DNA of 64,000 nt from an uncultured Gemmatimonadales bacterium (lineage in GTDB: Bacteria; Gemmatimonadota; Gemmatimonadetes; Gemmatimonadales; GWC2-71-9), in the NCBI GenBank assembly GCA_963748815.1, contig CAVVKJ010000009.1, positions 64,001 to 128,000 on the forward strand, read 5' to 3'. Shown here in pieces: positions 49,402 to 58,557 of the stretch (positions are counted from its first letter, which is position 1; each line of letters opens with the position of its first letter). The notes under the pieces were generated by a model, which ran no database searches, was not told the DNA's origin, and saw only the letters and a list, made by a program, of their open reading frames with translations. The position numbers and the translations under genes were made by a program.

Positions 49402-50463
49402 TCAGTCCCGTAGGTCCTTCCCCGTTCCCCGCACATGCTGGTCCCAGTAGCTCATCCACCCCGCCCCCTCCTGCGCCAGGAGCGGCCAGTCCATCGGCAC
49501 CACCTTCATGGTGCGTTCCACCTCGGCCACCCAGGCGGGCAGCGAATCGAGCGGAAGGTCCTGTCGGGCGGGGAGCCGGTACACCTGGCGCGCCGCCAGC
49601 AACAGCGCCTCGGCCTCGCCGACGTAGTCGATGAACGCCTGCGCCGCCTCGGGGTGCTGCGACCCCGCCACGAGGCCGATCGCATCGTCGATCACGACGG
49701 TGCCACTCCGCGGGAAGAGGTACCCGAACGGCATCCCCTTCCCCTGGCTGATCAGGATGTCCGGGAGGTCCCAGAGGGTGACGACCCCCTCTTCACGCGC
49801 GAGCTTCTGGTCCAGGATGGCCGGATTGAGGGCGTAGGTCTTCGTGTTGCGATCGAGGGCGCGCAACCAGGCCATCCCCGCGGTCGTGTCGCCCGTTTCC
49901 CGGAGGCTGCGCTCGATGATGTATCCCCAGATGGCGCGCATGGTCCCGCTCGCCATCGGGTCGCGGATCAGCACCAGGTCGCGCCACCGCGGCTGGAGGA
50001 TGTCGTCCCAGTCCTGCGGCGCCTCGGGAGCGCTCACCGCCTTGTTGTTGAAGGCGATGATGACCGGCGTCCGGTACACTGGCCAATACAGCGAGCCGGG
50101 ACCGACCCCCTCCGGGCCGACCGCATCGGCCCACACCGGCCGATACGGCGCAAGCAGCGAGTCGGCAACCCCGCGATCAAAAATCGTCGTCGGGCCACCG
50201 AACCAGACGTCGGCCTGCGGATTGACCTTCTCGAACCGCAGCCGGTCCAGGATTTCCTGGCTGCCCATGTCGAGCCACTTGATGTCGATGTCGGGTCGCC
50301 ACTGCTCGAACGCCGTCTCGAGCAACTTGAGCTGGTCCCGTCCATGCGGGGAATACACCACGACCGGCGTCCGGGCATCCCGCCCGCAGGCGAGCATCCC
50401 GACCAACACCAGCATCCACAGGGGCGAGGCACCGCCTCGCCCGCTCCCCCATCGCCGCGGCAT
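49402..50463 (-). CDS. ABC solute-binding lipoprotein (Fe3+/AfuA-like family)
   Basis: Lipobox MLAC; VVVYSPH, NPQADVWFGG and RDPMASGT. Confidence 0.85.
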   Translation of the reverse strand: MPRRWGSGRGGASPLWMLVLVGMLACGRDARTPVVVYSPHGRDQLKLLETAFEQWRPDIDIKWLDMGSQEILDRLRFEKVNPQADVWFGGPTTIFDRGVADSLLAPYRPVWADAVGPEGVGPGSLYWPVYRTPVIIAFNNKAVSAPEAPQDWDDILQPRWRDLVLIRDPMASGTMRAIWGYIIERSLRETGDTTAGMAWLRALDRNTKTYALNPAILDQKLAREEGVVTLWDLPDILISQGKGMPFGYLFPRSGTVVIDDAIGLVAGSQHPEAAQAFIDYVGEAEALLLAARQVYRLPARQDLPLDSLPAWVAEVERTMKVVPMDWPLLAQEGAGWMSYWDQHVRGTGKDLRD

Positions 50464-52919
50464 CACGGCATCGCCCCCGTTGATTGCAGCGCCAGCAGAT
50501 TCATGAAGAGGCGATAGGCGCCGGGGACCCCGGCGGGCAGCTCCCGGAAGAACGCGAGGCCGGTGTAGACATACGTACCGCTTCCCACCGGCGCCACGAG
50601 CAGCCCTCCCTCGAGCGGCGGATCGCCCGGATCGTGCATTTCCAGCACCGCCCGGTATTCGGGCGCCCACGACCGCGCGAAATACAACCCGCGCTCCTGG
50701 ACCCAGCCGTCCCAGTCGGAACCCGCGATCGCGTTCGGCGTGCGCACCACCGGGCTGGCCGGGTCGAGAATCCGAACCGGCGCGAACTCATTCGTGACGC
50801 GATCGTGCGAATCCGGGCGATCGCCCGGCTTCCGCTCCGGCGCCGTGCCCGCCAGCATCGAGGCAAGCGACGCACCGCCGACCGTCAAGGGGAACGGGGC
50901 AAAGGCGCCGCGAAAAAACTCGTATTGCTGGTACTGGACCAGCAGCAGCCCCCCGGCACGCGCATACGCGAGCAGGCGCGCGTTGAACTCCCTGACGGCC
51001 GGCACCGTCTCGTACGCCCGGCTGCCGATCACCACCGCATCGAACTTGGAGAGGTCTCCCCGGGCCAGCGAATCCGGCGTCAACTCCACCACCGGCACCC
51101 CGAGCCCCGCCAGCGCCTCGGGAACCCCGTCCGCGGCACCGCGAACGTAGCCGACCGCGCGCAGCGGCGGCACCGCGATGTCCATCACCTGGATCGTCCC
51201 GACCGCGGGGCGGCTCATCCCCCGCCGTGCGATGTGCGGGTAGTCGATGATGTCGCTCGACTCGGCAAAGCGCTCGTCCGCGGATGTCACGGCGATGGCG
51301 CGGACCTCGAACGCCCCCGCTGCCGGCGACGGCGGCGGTACCAGGGAAAAACTGAACGAGGCCTCCTCCCCCTTTCGCGTCAGGCGGAAGAGCTGCGGAG
51401 GCGGGGCCACCCACCCCACCGGTACTTCGAGCTTCACTTCGCCGGAGGTGGTGTCGGAGGTGGCGTGGTTGAGCGTCACGTTGATTGTCCGGGGCTCGCG
51501 CGAGGCGAGCGGCCACACCACGACGGCGCGGTCCAGCCGGACCCCTACGCGCGGCACCACGAGCAGCCGTTGCCGCCGCTCGCCGAACGCCGGGTCGGCC
51601 CAGCGGTACGTGACCTCCCGCGTGATCGAGAGCCCGCCGTCGAGCACGGCATTGACAGTCAGCAGGGGTGGAGACGCAGGCTGAGCCGCCACCGGCGACC
51701 GTCCCCATCGATACATCGCGCCATCGCGTGGCAGTCGCAGGAAGTAGGGTTCGGTGCTCGCCGAGGTCGGGAGGGTCACGGTATCCGTCACGGTGGCCAT
51801 GGCACCGGGCGAGACGACGAGTTCGTGGCGGGGGGCATTCACCGTCGCCCCGGACACGCCGAGCGTCGCGCGCAGCGGCTGGCTGCCCGCGTTCCAGAGG
51901 TAGAGGGTGACCTCGACCTGCTGGCCCGGTACGAAGTCGGCGGCATTGGCCACGGCGTCGAGGACGATGCCCCGCTCGTTGGCTTGCGAAATGGCGCTGA
52001 ACCGCGCCTGGTCCTCCCACGCCGCGGACCATGTCGGGAGAGCGGTCGTCGCGAGGGAGGTATCGATCCCGGCCCAGAAGGCGCTCCCCCGGCCGGTCCG
52101 ATCGGAGACCAGCGACACTCGCGTCGAGGCAGGCCCCGGACGCTGCAGGGTCCCCATATCCTGGGAGCGGTGCCGGCTGCGGCTGGCCATCGCGATCTGG
52201 TGGTACGACTGGCCGACCGCCTGGTCGAGTTCGCCCGTCTGGATCGTGTCCATGACCGGCGCCGGTGTAAATCGTGTCGCCCGGTAGAGCTTCTCCACCC
52301 GCCAGGGCTGGAGTCGCTCCTCGGTGGCCAGTTCCGGAAAGCGCGATGGGTCGGCGGCTGCCTCAAAGGCCGTGTGCGCCGCCCATCCCGCCGCCTGGTG
52401 CTGCCCGTGACCGTCTTCCTCGGTCCCACTGAATACGGAGACGATGATCTGGGGCTGGAATTCGCGGATCACCCGCACCACGTCCTTCAGGATCGAGTCC
52501 CGGGGCCAGTGCGCCCAGGTATCGTCGAGATTCTTGGAATACCCGAAGTCGTAGGCCCGCGTGAAGTACTGGCGGCCGCCGTCGAGGACGCGGGCGCTGA
52601 GGAGTTCCTCGGTCCGCAGCAGGCCCAGCGCCTCGCCGAGCTCGGGGCCGATGAGGTTTTGGCCCCCCTCCCCGCGGTTGAGCGACAGGTAGGCCGTCAC
52701 GGCGCCTTCGCCCCGCACCAGGACCGTGATGAGATCGGTGTCCTCGTCGTCGGGATGGGCGCCGATGACCAGGACCCGCTTGTTGTGTCCCAGCATTCGG
52801 CGGGCGTGCTCCGCCGTGACGGCTCCGCCCGTGGAGGCAGGACCGAGTTGAGCCTGAGCTGGGATAACGCCGACCACGAGGGCGGCCAGGAGCGCCGTCA
52901 CACCGAAGCGAACTCGCAT
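50463..52919 (-). CDS. secreted PIG-L-family deacetylase with Ig-like and GATase-like C-terminal domains
   Basis: Signal peptide; AHPDDED, RGEGGQN, GHGQH and WVQERGLYF. Confidence 0.85.
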   Translation of the reverse strand: MRVRFGVTALLAALVVGVIPAQAQLGPASTGGAVTAEHARRMLGHNKRVLVIGAHPDDEDTDLITVLVRGEGAVTAYLSLNRGEGGQNLIGPELGEALGLLRTEELLSARVLDGGRQYFTRAYDFGYSKNLDDTWAHWPRDSILKDVVRVIREFQPQIIVSVFSGTEEDGHGQHQAAGWAAHTAFEAAADPSRFPELATEERLQPWRVEKLYRATRFTPAPVMDTIQTGELDQAVGQSYHQIAMASRSRHRSQDMGTLQRPGPASTRVSLVSDRTGRGSAFWAGIDTSLATTALPTWSAAWEDQARFSAISQANERGIVLDAVANAADFVPGQQVEVTLYLWNAGSQPLRATLGVSGATVNAPRHELVVSPGAMATVTDTVTLPTSASTEPYFLRLPRDGAMYRWGRSPVAAQPASPPLLTVNAVLDGGLSITREVTYRWADPAFGERRQRLLVVPRVGVRLDRAVVVWPLASREPRTINVTLNHATSDTTSGEVKLEVPVGWVAPPPQLFRLTRKGEEASFSFSLVPPPSPAAGAFEVRAIAVTSADERFAESSDIIDYPHIARRGMSRPAVGTIQVMDIAVPPLRAVGYVRGAADGVPEALAGLGVPVVELTPDSLARGDLSKFDAVVIGSRAYETVPAVREFNARLLAYARAGGLLLVQYQQYEFFRGAFAPFPLTVGGASLASMLAGTAPERKPGDRPDSHDRVTNEFAPVRILDPASPVVRTPNAIAGSDWDGWVQERGLYFARSWAPEYRAVLEMHDPGDPPLEGGLLVAPVGSGTYVYTGLAFFRELPAGVPGAYRLFMNLLALQSTGAMP

Positions 52920-52978
52920 GGATTCCCGGGGGAAGTGACCAAAAAGAATAACCCCGGCAGGGCCGGGGCGTGAGGTGC

Positions 52979-53290
52979 TTAGAAGCCGCGGGGATGCCCC
53001 GGACCGGGAGGCCGCCGCCGCCCGGGCGACCGACCCGCCCAGAAGGCGGCGAAGAAGAGCGCCACCGCCACACCAAGGAGGATCTTGCCGGCGAGCATGG
53101 CCACGCCGTAGAGCAGCAGGAGCATCCCGAGCGAGATGAGGATCGTCGCGACGGAACGGAGAATCTCGTCCAGGTTGCGGCCGGGATGCCGCCGCCCCCA
53201 GTACGCCGAGGCGACCGCCCCGGCCACTCCGATGAGGAGAAACCCGTACCAGATCAGGATCCAATAGCGGCGACCTGCGATCATGCACAC
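52979..53290 (-). CDS. small membrane protein
   Basis: Three hydrophobic segments. Confidence 0.55.
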   Translation of the reverse strand: MCMIAGRRYWILIWYGFLLIGVAGAVASAYWGRRHPGRNLDEILRSVATILISLGMLLLLYGVAMLAGKILLGVAVALFFAAFWAGRSPGRRRPPGPGHPRGF

Positions 53291-53387
53291 CTGCCCGGTG
53301 GCGAGGTCTCCTGGGGGCGGAGCCGCTCACGACAATACCACGCGCTGGTGGCGCCCGCCATCCCGCGACCGACAGCTGTCAGCACCC

Positions 53388-53894
53388 TCACTCGGCCGAG
53401 CGGAAGCCCAGCGGGTCGCGACGCACCGCGCGGCGCAGCGCCGGATGGTGCCGCCAGAGATAGGTGACCATCACGACCGCGGCCACGAGGTTCGCGAAGA
53501 GCACCAGGCCGAGAGGGAACAGCCCCTGCGTCGCCTCGTGGAACATGTAGGCAAGTCCTGCGAAGAAGAACTCGAAGAAGATGAGGATCATCACGAACGC
53601 GAACCGCAGCGACGGCTGCGTCGTGGCCAGGCGGGCGGCCCAGGCCATGAGCACGCCAAAGAGGAGGAAGACCGCCAGGTGCAGCCCGGTGTAGGCCAGC
53701 ACCGACCCGGAGAGGGCCTGCCCGGTGACCGGGGTGCCGCTCCCCTGCAGCAAGACCTGGCCGAGCACGCTCGGCGTGAGCAGCGGCACGCCGAGGATCA
53801 GGTCGCGCACGAGAAAGACGGCGGCGACAGCGGCGGCGCCGAGGAGGCCGGCGACGACCCCCTCCTTCGGCGTCGAATGATGGTGATGCGTCAT
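53388..53894 (-). CDS. membrane protein (about four TM helices)
   Basis: GVVAGLLG...TPSVLG...YTGLH pattern; RBS present. Confidence 0.7.
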   Translation of the reverse strand: MTHHHHSTPKEGVVAGLLGAAAVAAVFLVRDLILGVPLLTPSVLGQVLLQGSGTPVTGQALSGSVLAYTGLHLAVFLLFGVLMAWAARLATTQPSLRFAFVMILIFFEFFFAGLAYMFHEATQGLFPLGLVLFANLVAAVVMVTYLWRHHPALRRAVRRDPLGFRSAE

Positions 53895-53974
53895 GGGGTC
53901 CCTCCCGATAGGGGCAAGTCCTCCGGCGACGTTACATCCTCAGACCGCACTCCGCCATCCCTGACGCCGCCGGT

Positions 53975-54298
53975 TCATTCGGAAAGCGCGCGCAGCCGCG
54001 CCCACGGGAAAATGCCGGTCGAGTGCCCGTCGCTCCAGGTGACCCGCAGCCCGTAGGCCCCGACGAGGTGGATGGCGGTCGGTCGGACGTCCTCAGGCAC
54101 GGTGACGGGATCGAGCAACGGTCGCCCCGACATCTCTTCGACGCACATCGCGCAGGGGCAGGCGAGGCGGAGCGCCCGCGCCGGGACCCGGCGTTCGCCG
54201 TCACCGGACACCCACTCGAACCAGAGCCCGTCGTCCCGCCGCGTGATCGCGTGCGGGGCGCGTTTCGTCTCCGGCCCGGACGGGGTGATATTATTCAT
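53975..54298 (-). CDS. DUF971 / gamma-butyrobetaine hydroxylase N-terminal-like protein
   Basis: LRLACPCAMC...VGAYG...WSDGHSTGIF. Confidence 0.85.
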   Translation of the reverse strand: MNNITPSGPETKRAPHAITRRDDGLWFEWVSGDGERRVPARALRLACPCAMCVEEMSGRPLLDPVTVPEDVRPTAIHLVGAYGLRVTWSDGHSTGIFPWARLRALSE

Positions 54299-54342
54299 GG
54301 TCACTTCGCTCGCTCGATGAACTGCAACGTCCGGACACTCCC

Positions 54343-57117
54343 ATGACCGCCCCCAAGACCAATCCCTTCGGCGCCCGCGGCACCCTGCCGCACGGATCCC
54401 AGCCGATCACGATCTATCGCCTCCCGGAGCTCGCTCGGCAAGGGGTGGGCGACCTCGACCGCCTGCCCTTCTCGGTGCGCGTCCTCCTCGAGAACGCCCT
54501 CCGCTGGTGCGGTCAGGGCGTGGTCACCGAGGACCACGTGCGGACCCTCGCCGGCTGGAAGGCCACGCAAGCCGACCGCCCGGAATTCCCCTTCATGCCG
54601 GCCCGGGTGGTGCTCCAGGACTTCACCGGCGTGCCCTGCGTGGTGGACCTGGCCGCCATGCGCGACGCCATGGCCGAGATGGGCGGCGACCCCGACCGGA
54701 TCAACCCGGTCGTCCCCTGCGACCTGGTCATCGACCACTCGGTGCAGGTGGACCACTATGGCACCCCCGACGCCTTCCGGCTCAACGTCGCCCTCGAATT
54801 CGACCGCAACGCCGAGCGCTACCAGCTGCTGAAGTTCGCCCAGCGTGCGTTCCACAACTTCCGGGTGGTGCCGCCCGGAATGGGGATCGTCCATCAGGTC
54901 AACCTGGAACATCTCTCCCCCGCCATCCAGCTCCGCGAGCAGCACGGCCTGCTGACGGCCTATCCCGACACCCTCGTGGGGACCGACTCCCACACCACGA
55001 TGATCAACGGGCTCGGCGTGGTCGGCTGGGGCGTCGGTGGCATCGAGGCGGAGGCGGTCATGCTTGGCCAGCCGTACTTCATGCTGGTGCCGGACGTGAT
55101 CGGGATGAAGCTCACCGGCGCGCTCCCCGCGGGAACCACCGCCACCGACCTCGTCCTCCGTGTCACCCAGATGCTCCGGGCCAAGGGGGTCGTGGACAAG
55201 TTCGTCGAGTACTACGGACCCGGCCTCTCCGGGCTCGGACTCGCCGACCGCGCCACGATCGCCAACATGTCGCCCGAATACGGCGCCACCGTCGGGTTCT
55301 TCCCGATCGATGCCGAGACGCTGCGGTATCTCCAGCGCACCGGCCGCAGCAAGGAGACGGTCGACCTGGTGGAGCGGTACACCAAGGAGCAGGGGCTCTT
55401 CCGCACCGACGCGACCCCCGATCCGGACTTCACCAGCACCATCGAGCTCGACCTCTCCACGATCGAGCCGAGCCTGGCCGGGCCGAAGCGCCCGCAGGAC
55501 ATGGTGCCGCTGCGCACCATGCGGAAGAGCTTCGCCGTCAGCCTCCCGACGCTGATGCAGCCGAGCGTGCCCGCCGCGCGGCGGGACTTCGCCTCGACGG
55601 AGGCGGGCCGCTGGGCAGCGGAGGGCGGGGACCAGCCCCAGGCGGTCGTCGCGCCGAGCGTCCGGTGCAGCATCAACGGGGAGGACCACGAGCTGAGTGA
55701 CGGCGCGGTGGTGATCGCCGCCATCACTTCCTGCACCAACACCTCGAACCCGTCGGTCATGATCGGCGCAGGCTTGCTGGCGAAGAAGGCCATCGCCAAG
55801 GGGCTGCGAAGCCGGCCCTGGGTCAAGACCAGCCTTGCCCCCGGCTCGCGCGTCGTCACCGACTACCTGCGCGACGCCGGCCTGACGCCGTTCCTCGACC
55901 AGCTCGGCTTCCAGACCGTCGGCTACGGCTGCACCACCTGCATCGGGAACAGCGGCCCGCTGCAGGCGCCGATCGCCCGCGCCATCGAAGAGCACTCCCT
56001 GGTGGTGGCGGCCGTGCTCTCGGGCAACCGGAACTTCGAGGCCCGCGTCCACCCCCTGGTGCGCGCCAACTACCTCGCCTCGCCGATGCTGGTGGTGGCC
56101 TTCGCGCTCCTCGGGCGGGTCGACGCCGACCTCACCACCGAGCCGCTCGGCATTTCCGACGCCGGCGAGCCGGTGTTCCTGCGGGACATCTGGCCCTCCT
56201 CGACCGAGATCGCGGCGGCGATGTCCACCGCGCTCACCCCGGAACTCTTCACGCACGAGTACGCCAAGGTGTTCGAGGGCGACCAGGAGTGGAAGGACCT
56301 GGAGGTGCCGACCGGCAGCCGCTACGCCTGGGACGCCGACAGTACGTATGTGCAGCTGCCCCCCTTCTTCCGGCAGCTCTCGGCGGAGCCGGACGAGATG
56401 GCCGACGTCGTGAACGCGCGGGTGCTCGCGGTCCTCGGCGATTCCGTCACCACCGACCACATCTCCCCTGCCGGCGCCATCCCGAAAAACGGCCCCGCCG
56501 CGCAATACCTCCGGGACCACGGGGTCGAGCAGCCCGACTGGAACACCTTCGGCGCCCGCCGCGGCAATCACGAGGTGATGATGCGCGGCACCTTCGGCAA
56601 TGTCCGGATCAAGAACGCCCTGGTGCCGGACAAGGAAGGGAACTGGACGGTGCACTTCCCGAGCGGCGAGGTCACCTCGATCTACGACGCGGCCATGCGG
56701 TACATCGCCGATGCCACGCCGCTCGTCGTGCTGAGCGGCAAGGAATACGGGACCGGCTCCAGCCGCGACTGGGCGGCCAAGGGCACGCTCCTCCTCGGCG
56801 TGAAGGCGGTCATCGCCGAAAGCTACGAGCGGATCCACCGGAGCAACCTCGTGGGCATGGGGGTGCTGCCACTGAGCTACCAGCCGGGGGAAACCCGCGA
56901 CACCCACAAGCTGACTGGCCGCGAGAGCTTCACCATCACCGGCATCGCGAAGGGGCTGACCCCTGGCGGGACGGTGGATGTGGTGGCGAAGCGGGAAGAC
57001 GGCTCCACGGTGAAGTTCAAGGCGGTGGTCCGGCTCAACAGCGAGGTGGAGGTCGACTACTACCGCCACGGCGGGATCCTGCAGCGGGTGCTGCGGAAAT
57101 TCGCGGCGGAGAGCTAG
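54343..57117 (+). CDS. acnA: aconitate hydratase A
   Basis: QDFTGVP, DHSVQVD, GTDSHT, SCTNTSNP, GCTTCIGNSG and GSSRDWAAKG. Confidence 0.97.
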   Translation: MTAPKTNPFGARGTLPHGSQPITIYRLPELARQGVGDLDRLPFSVRVLLENALRWCGQGVVTEDHVRTLAGWKATQADRPEFPFMPARVVLQDFTGVPCVVDLAAMRDAMAEMGGDPDRINPVVPCDLVIDHSVQVDHYGTPDAFRLNVALEFDRNAERYQLLKFAQRAFHNFRVVPPGMGIVHQVNLEHLSPAIQLREQHGLLTAYPDTLVGTDSHTTMINGLGVVGWGVGGIEAEAVMLGQPYFMLVPDVIGMKLTGALPAGTTATDLVLRVTQMLRAKGVVDKFVEYYGPGLSGLGLADRATIANMSPEYGATVGFFPIDAETLRYLQRTGRSKETVDLVERYTKEQGLFRTDATPDPDFTSTIELDLSTIEPSLAGPKRPQDMVPLRTMRKSFAVSLPTLMQPSVPAARRDFASTEAGRWAAEGGDQPQAVVAPSVRCSINGEDHELSDGAVVIAAITSCTNTSNPSVMIGAGLLAKKAIAKGLRSRPWVKTSLAPGSRVVTDYLRDAGLTPFLDQLGFQTVGYGCTTCIGNSGPLQAPIARAIEEHSLVVAAVLSGNRNFEARVHPLVRANYLASPMLVVAFALLGRVDADLTTEPLGISDAGEPVFLRDIWPSSTEIAAAMSTALTPELFTHEYAKVFEGDQEWKDLEVPTGSRYAWDADSTYVQLPPFFRQLSAEPDEMADVVNARVLAVLGDSVTTDHISPAGAIPKNGPAAQYLRDHGVEQPDWNTFGARRGNHEVMMRGTFGNVRIKNALVPDKEGNWTVHFPSGEVTSIYDAAMRYIADATPLVVLSGKEYGTGSSRDWAAKGTLLLGVKAVIAESYERIHRSNLVGMGVLPLSYQPGETRDTHKLTGRESFTITGIAKGLTPGGTVDVVAKREDGSTVKFKAVVRLNSEVEVDYYRHGGILQRVLRKFAAES

Positions 57118-57147
57118 GCGGGGAAGCGGGGAAGCGGGGAAGCGGGG
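57114..57147 (+). repeat. CTAGGC-(GGGGAAGC)n repeat
   Basis: Four G4 tracts; the first 27 bp are an exact inverted copy of 58522-58548. Confidence 0.8.
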
Positions 57148-57161
57148 CCGAAGCTCGCCGC

Positions 57162-57227
57162 CGTCATTCCCGCGCAAGCGGGAATCCAGCGGCCAGGACA
57201 CTGGACCCCGGCTTTCGCCGGGGTGAC
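57162..57227. repeat. inverted doublet of CGTC-type REP-like palindromes
   Basis: GTCA-ttcccgc-GCAA-gcgggaa-TCCAG on plus and GTCA-ccccggc-GAAA-gccgggg-TCCAG on minus. Confidence 0.7.
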
Positions 57228-57239
57228 TGAATAAAGCGA

Positions 57240-57277
57240 ATCGACCCCCCGGAATCTCCGAGGGGTCGATCTGTTTT
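57240..57277. terminator. terminator hairpin between acnA and the sigma gene
   Basis: atcgacccc...ggggtcgat followed by ctgtttt. Confidence 0.65.
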
Positions 57278-57303
57278 CGGTTCGTCGTGGTGGGCTACAG
57301 GGC

Positions 57304-58197
57304 TTAGGCCACCAGATCCCGCAACCGCTCGCCGGTCTCGCCTTCGCGCAGCTTGAGCAGCGCGCGATCGCGCAGCTGGCGGATCCGCTCGCGGGTGACG
57401 CCCATCATCCGGCCGATTTCTTCCAGTGTCCGGCTGTTGCCGTCGTCCAGGCCGAAATAGAGGCGGAGGACCTTGGCGTCGCGGGGTGGCAGCACGGCCA
57501 GCGCCGACTCGATGTCGCTGGTCTGGCTGTTGGTCATCGTGGCGGAATCGGTGCCTTCCTGCTCCGCCATGGCGAAGCGCTCCATCCGCTCGTTGCCGTC
57601 GCCATCCCGCGTCGGGTGGTCGAGCCGCACCGCCTCCGTGTTGAGGGCGCTGAGGCTGCGGACCGCCTCCGGGGTCAGGCCGGTGGCGCGGGCCAGCTCC
57701 TCGGTGGTCGGCATCCGGCCGAGGCGCTCCTTGAGGAGCGTCGTGGTGCGTCCGAGGCGGCTGAGGTCGGCGGTACGATTGAGCGGCACCCGAACCGGCC
57801 GGCCGTGGCGGGCGATGGCCGCCTGCACGGCCTGACGGATCCACCACACCGCGTACGAAATAAACTTGACGCCGCGATCCGGATCGAACTTGCGGGCGGC
57901 CGTCATGAGCCCGAGGTTGCCCTCGCCGATCAGGTCGACCAGCGGCACGCCGCGATTCTGGAACTTCTTGGCCACGGACACGACGAACCGGACGTTGTGC
58001 CGCGCCAGCTTTTCCTGGGCGGCCACGTTGCCCCGAAAGGCCTTGCGGGCAAGCTCCATTTCCTGCTCACGGGTCAGCAGCGGGACCCGGCTGATTTCAT
58101 CAAGGTACAGGTCGAGCGACTCACGTCCCTCGTCTACGGCCTTGGCAATCTGAGCCGGCCGAACAGCACGACGCTTGGCGCGTGGCTTGACAGTCAC
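57304..58197 (-). CDS. sigma-70 factor, RpoD/RpoS-like, lacking region 1.1
   Basis: YLDEISRVPLL, DLIGEGNLGL, KFISYAVWWIRQ and TLEEIG...VTRERIRQL; GGAGGAGG RBS. Confidence 0.93.
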   Translation of the reverse strand: MTVKPRAKRRAVRPAQIAKAVDEGRESLDLYLDEISRVPLLTREQEMELARKAFRGNVAAQEKLARHNVRFVVSVAKKFQNRGVPLVDLIGEGNLGLMTAARKFDPDRGVKFISYAVWWIRQAVQAAIARHGRPVRVPLNRTADLSRLGRTTTLLKERLGRMPTTEELARATGLTPEAVRSLSALNTEAVRLDHPTRDGDGNERMERFAMAEQEGTDSATMTNSQTSDIESALAVLPPRDAKVLRLYFGLDDGNSRTLEEIGRMMGVTRERIRQLRDRALLKLREGETGERLRDLVA

Positions 58198-58295
58198 CGA
58201 ACCTCCTCCGGAGGAAAACCCAGCACTCTATGGGCAGCAACGGCCTGAGTGGCCGTCCAAATACAGTCGCGAAAACTAACAGCTAAGGCGCGAAA

Positions 58296-58308
58296 AATCA
58301 ACAGCTTA
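58296..58308. promoter_or_regulatory. IHF-consensus site upstream of the sigma gene
   Basis: AATCAACAGCTTA matches WATCAANNNNTTR in an AT-rich intergenic region. Confidence 0.45.
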
Positions 58309-58521
58309 CGTAAGCATATCACCCTGAACAGCTTGCGGAATCGTGCCAGAAAATCGGTCGAAATCCGCACCGGAACCGTGATCTCTGCAACTCCGAGATG
58401 CCTGCCACATTGGCAACGTCGCACCCTGCAAGGACTTGGCTGGGCTGCTCTGGCGCAATGGAGCACGCATCCTATAGACCACGTGACGCGCCAAAGAGTT
58501 CCCCGCGCACAGCGCCCCTCC

Positions 58522-58548
58522 TCCCCGCTTCCCCGCTTCCCCGCCTAG
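58522..58548 (-). repeat. inverted copy of CTAGGC-(GGGGAAGC)n
   Basis: Exact reverse complement of 57114-57140. Confidence 0.8.
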
Positions 58549-58557
58549 ATTGCCTGA

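Noticed and set aside
49385..49408. Heptamer repeat (CCTCAGT/CCCCAGT x3)
   Set aside because: Only three degenerate units with no other copy seen; too short to interpret.
54301..57201. Long antisense ORFs (966 aa opposite acnA, 829 aa opposite PIG-L, 709 aa opposite speA)
   Set aside because: Shadow frames expected from high GC3, with no recognisable motifs.
58330..58350. Sigma-54 promoter for the sigma gene (TGGCACG...GC on minus)
   Set aside because: The GG-to-GC spacing is one base short of the strict -24/-12 requirement.
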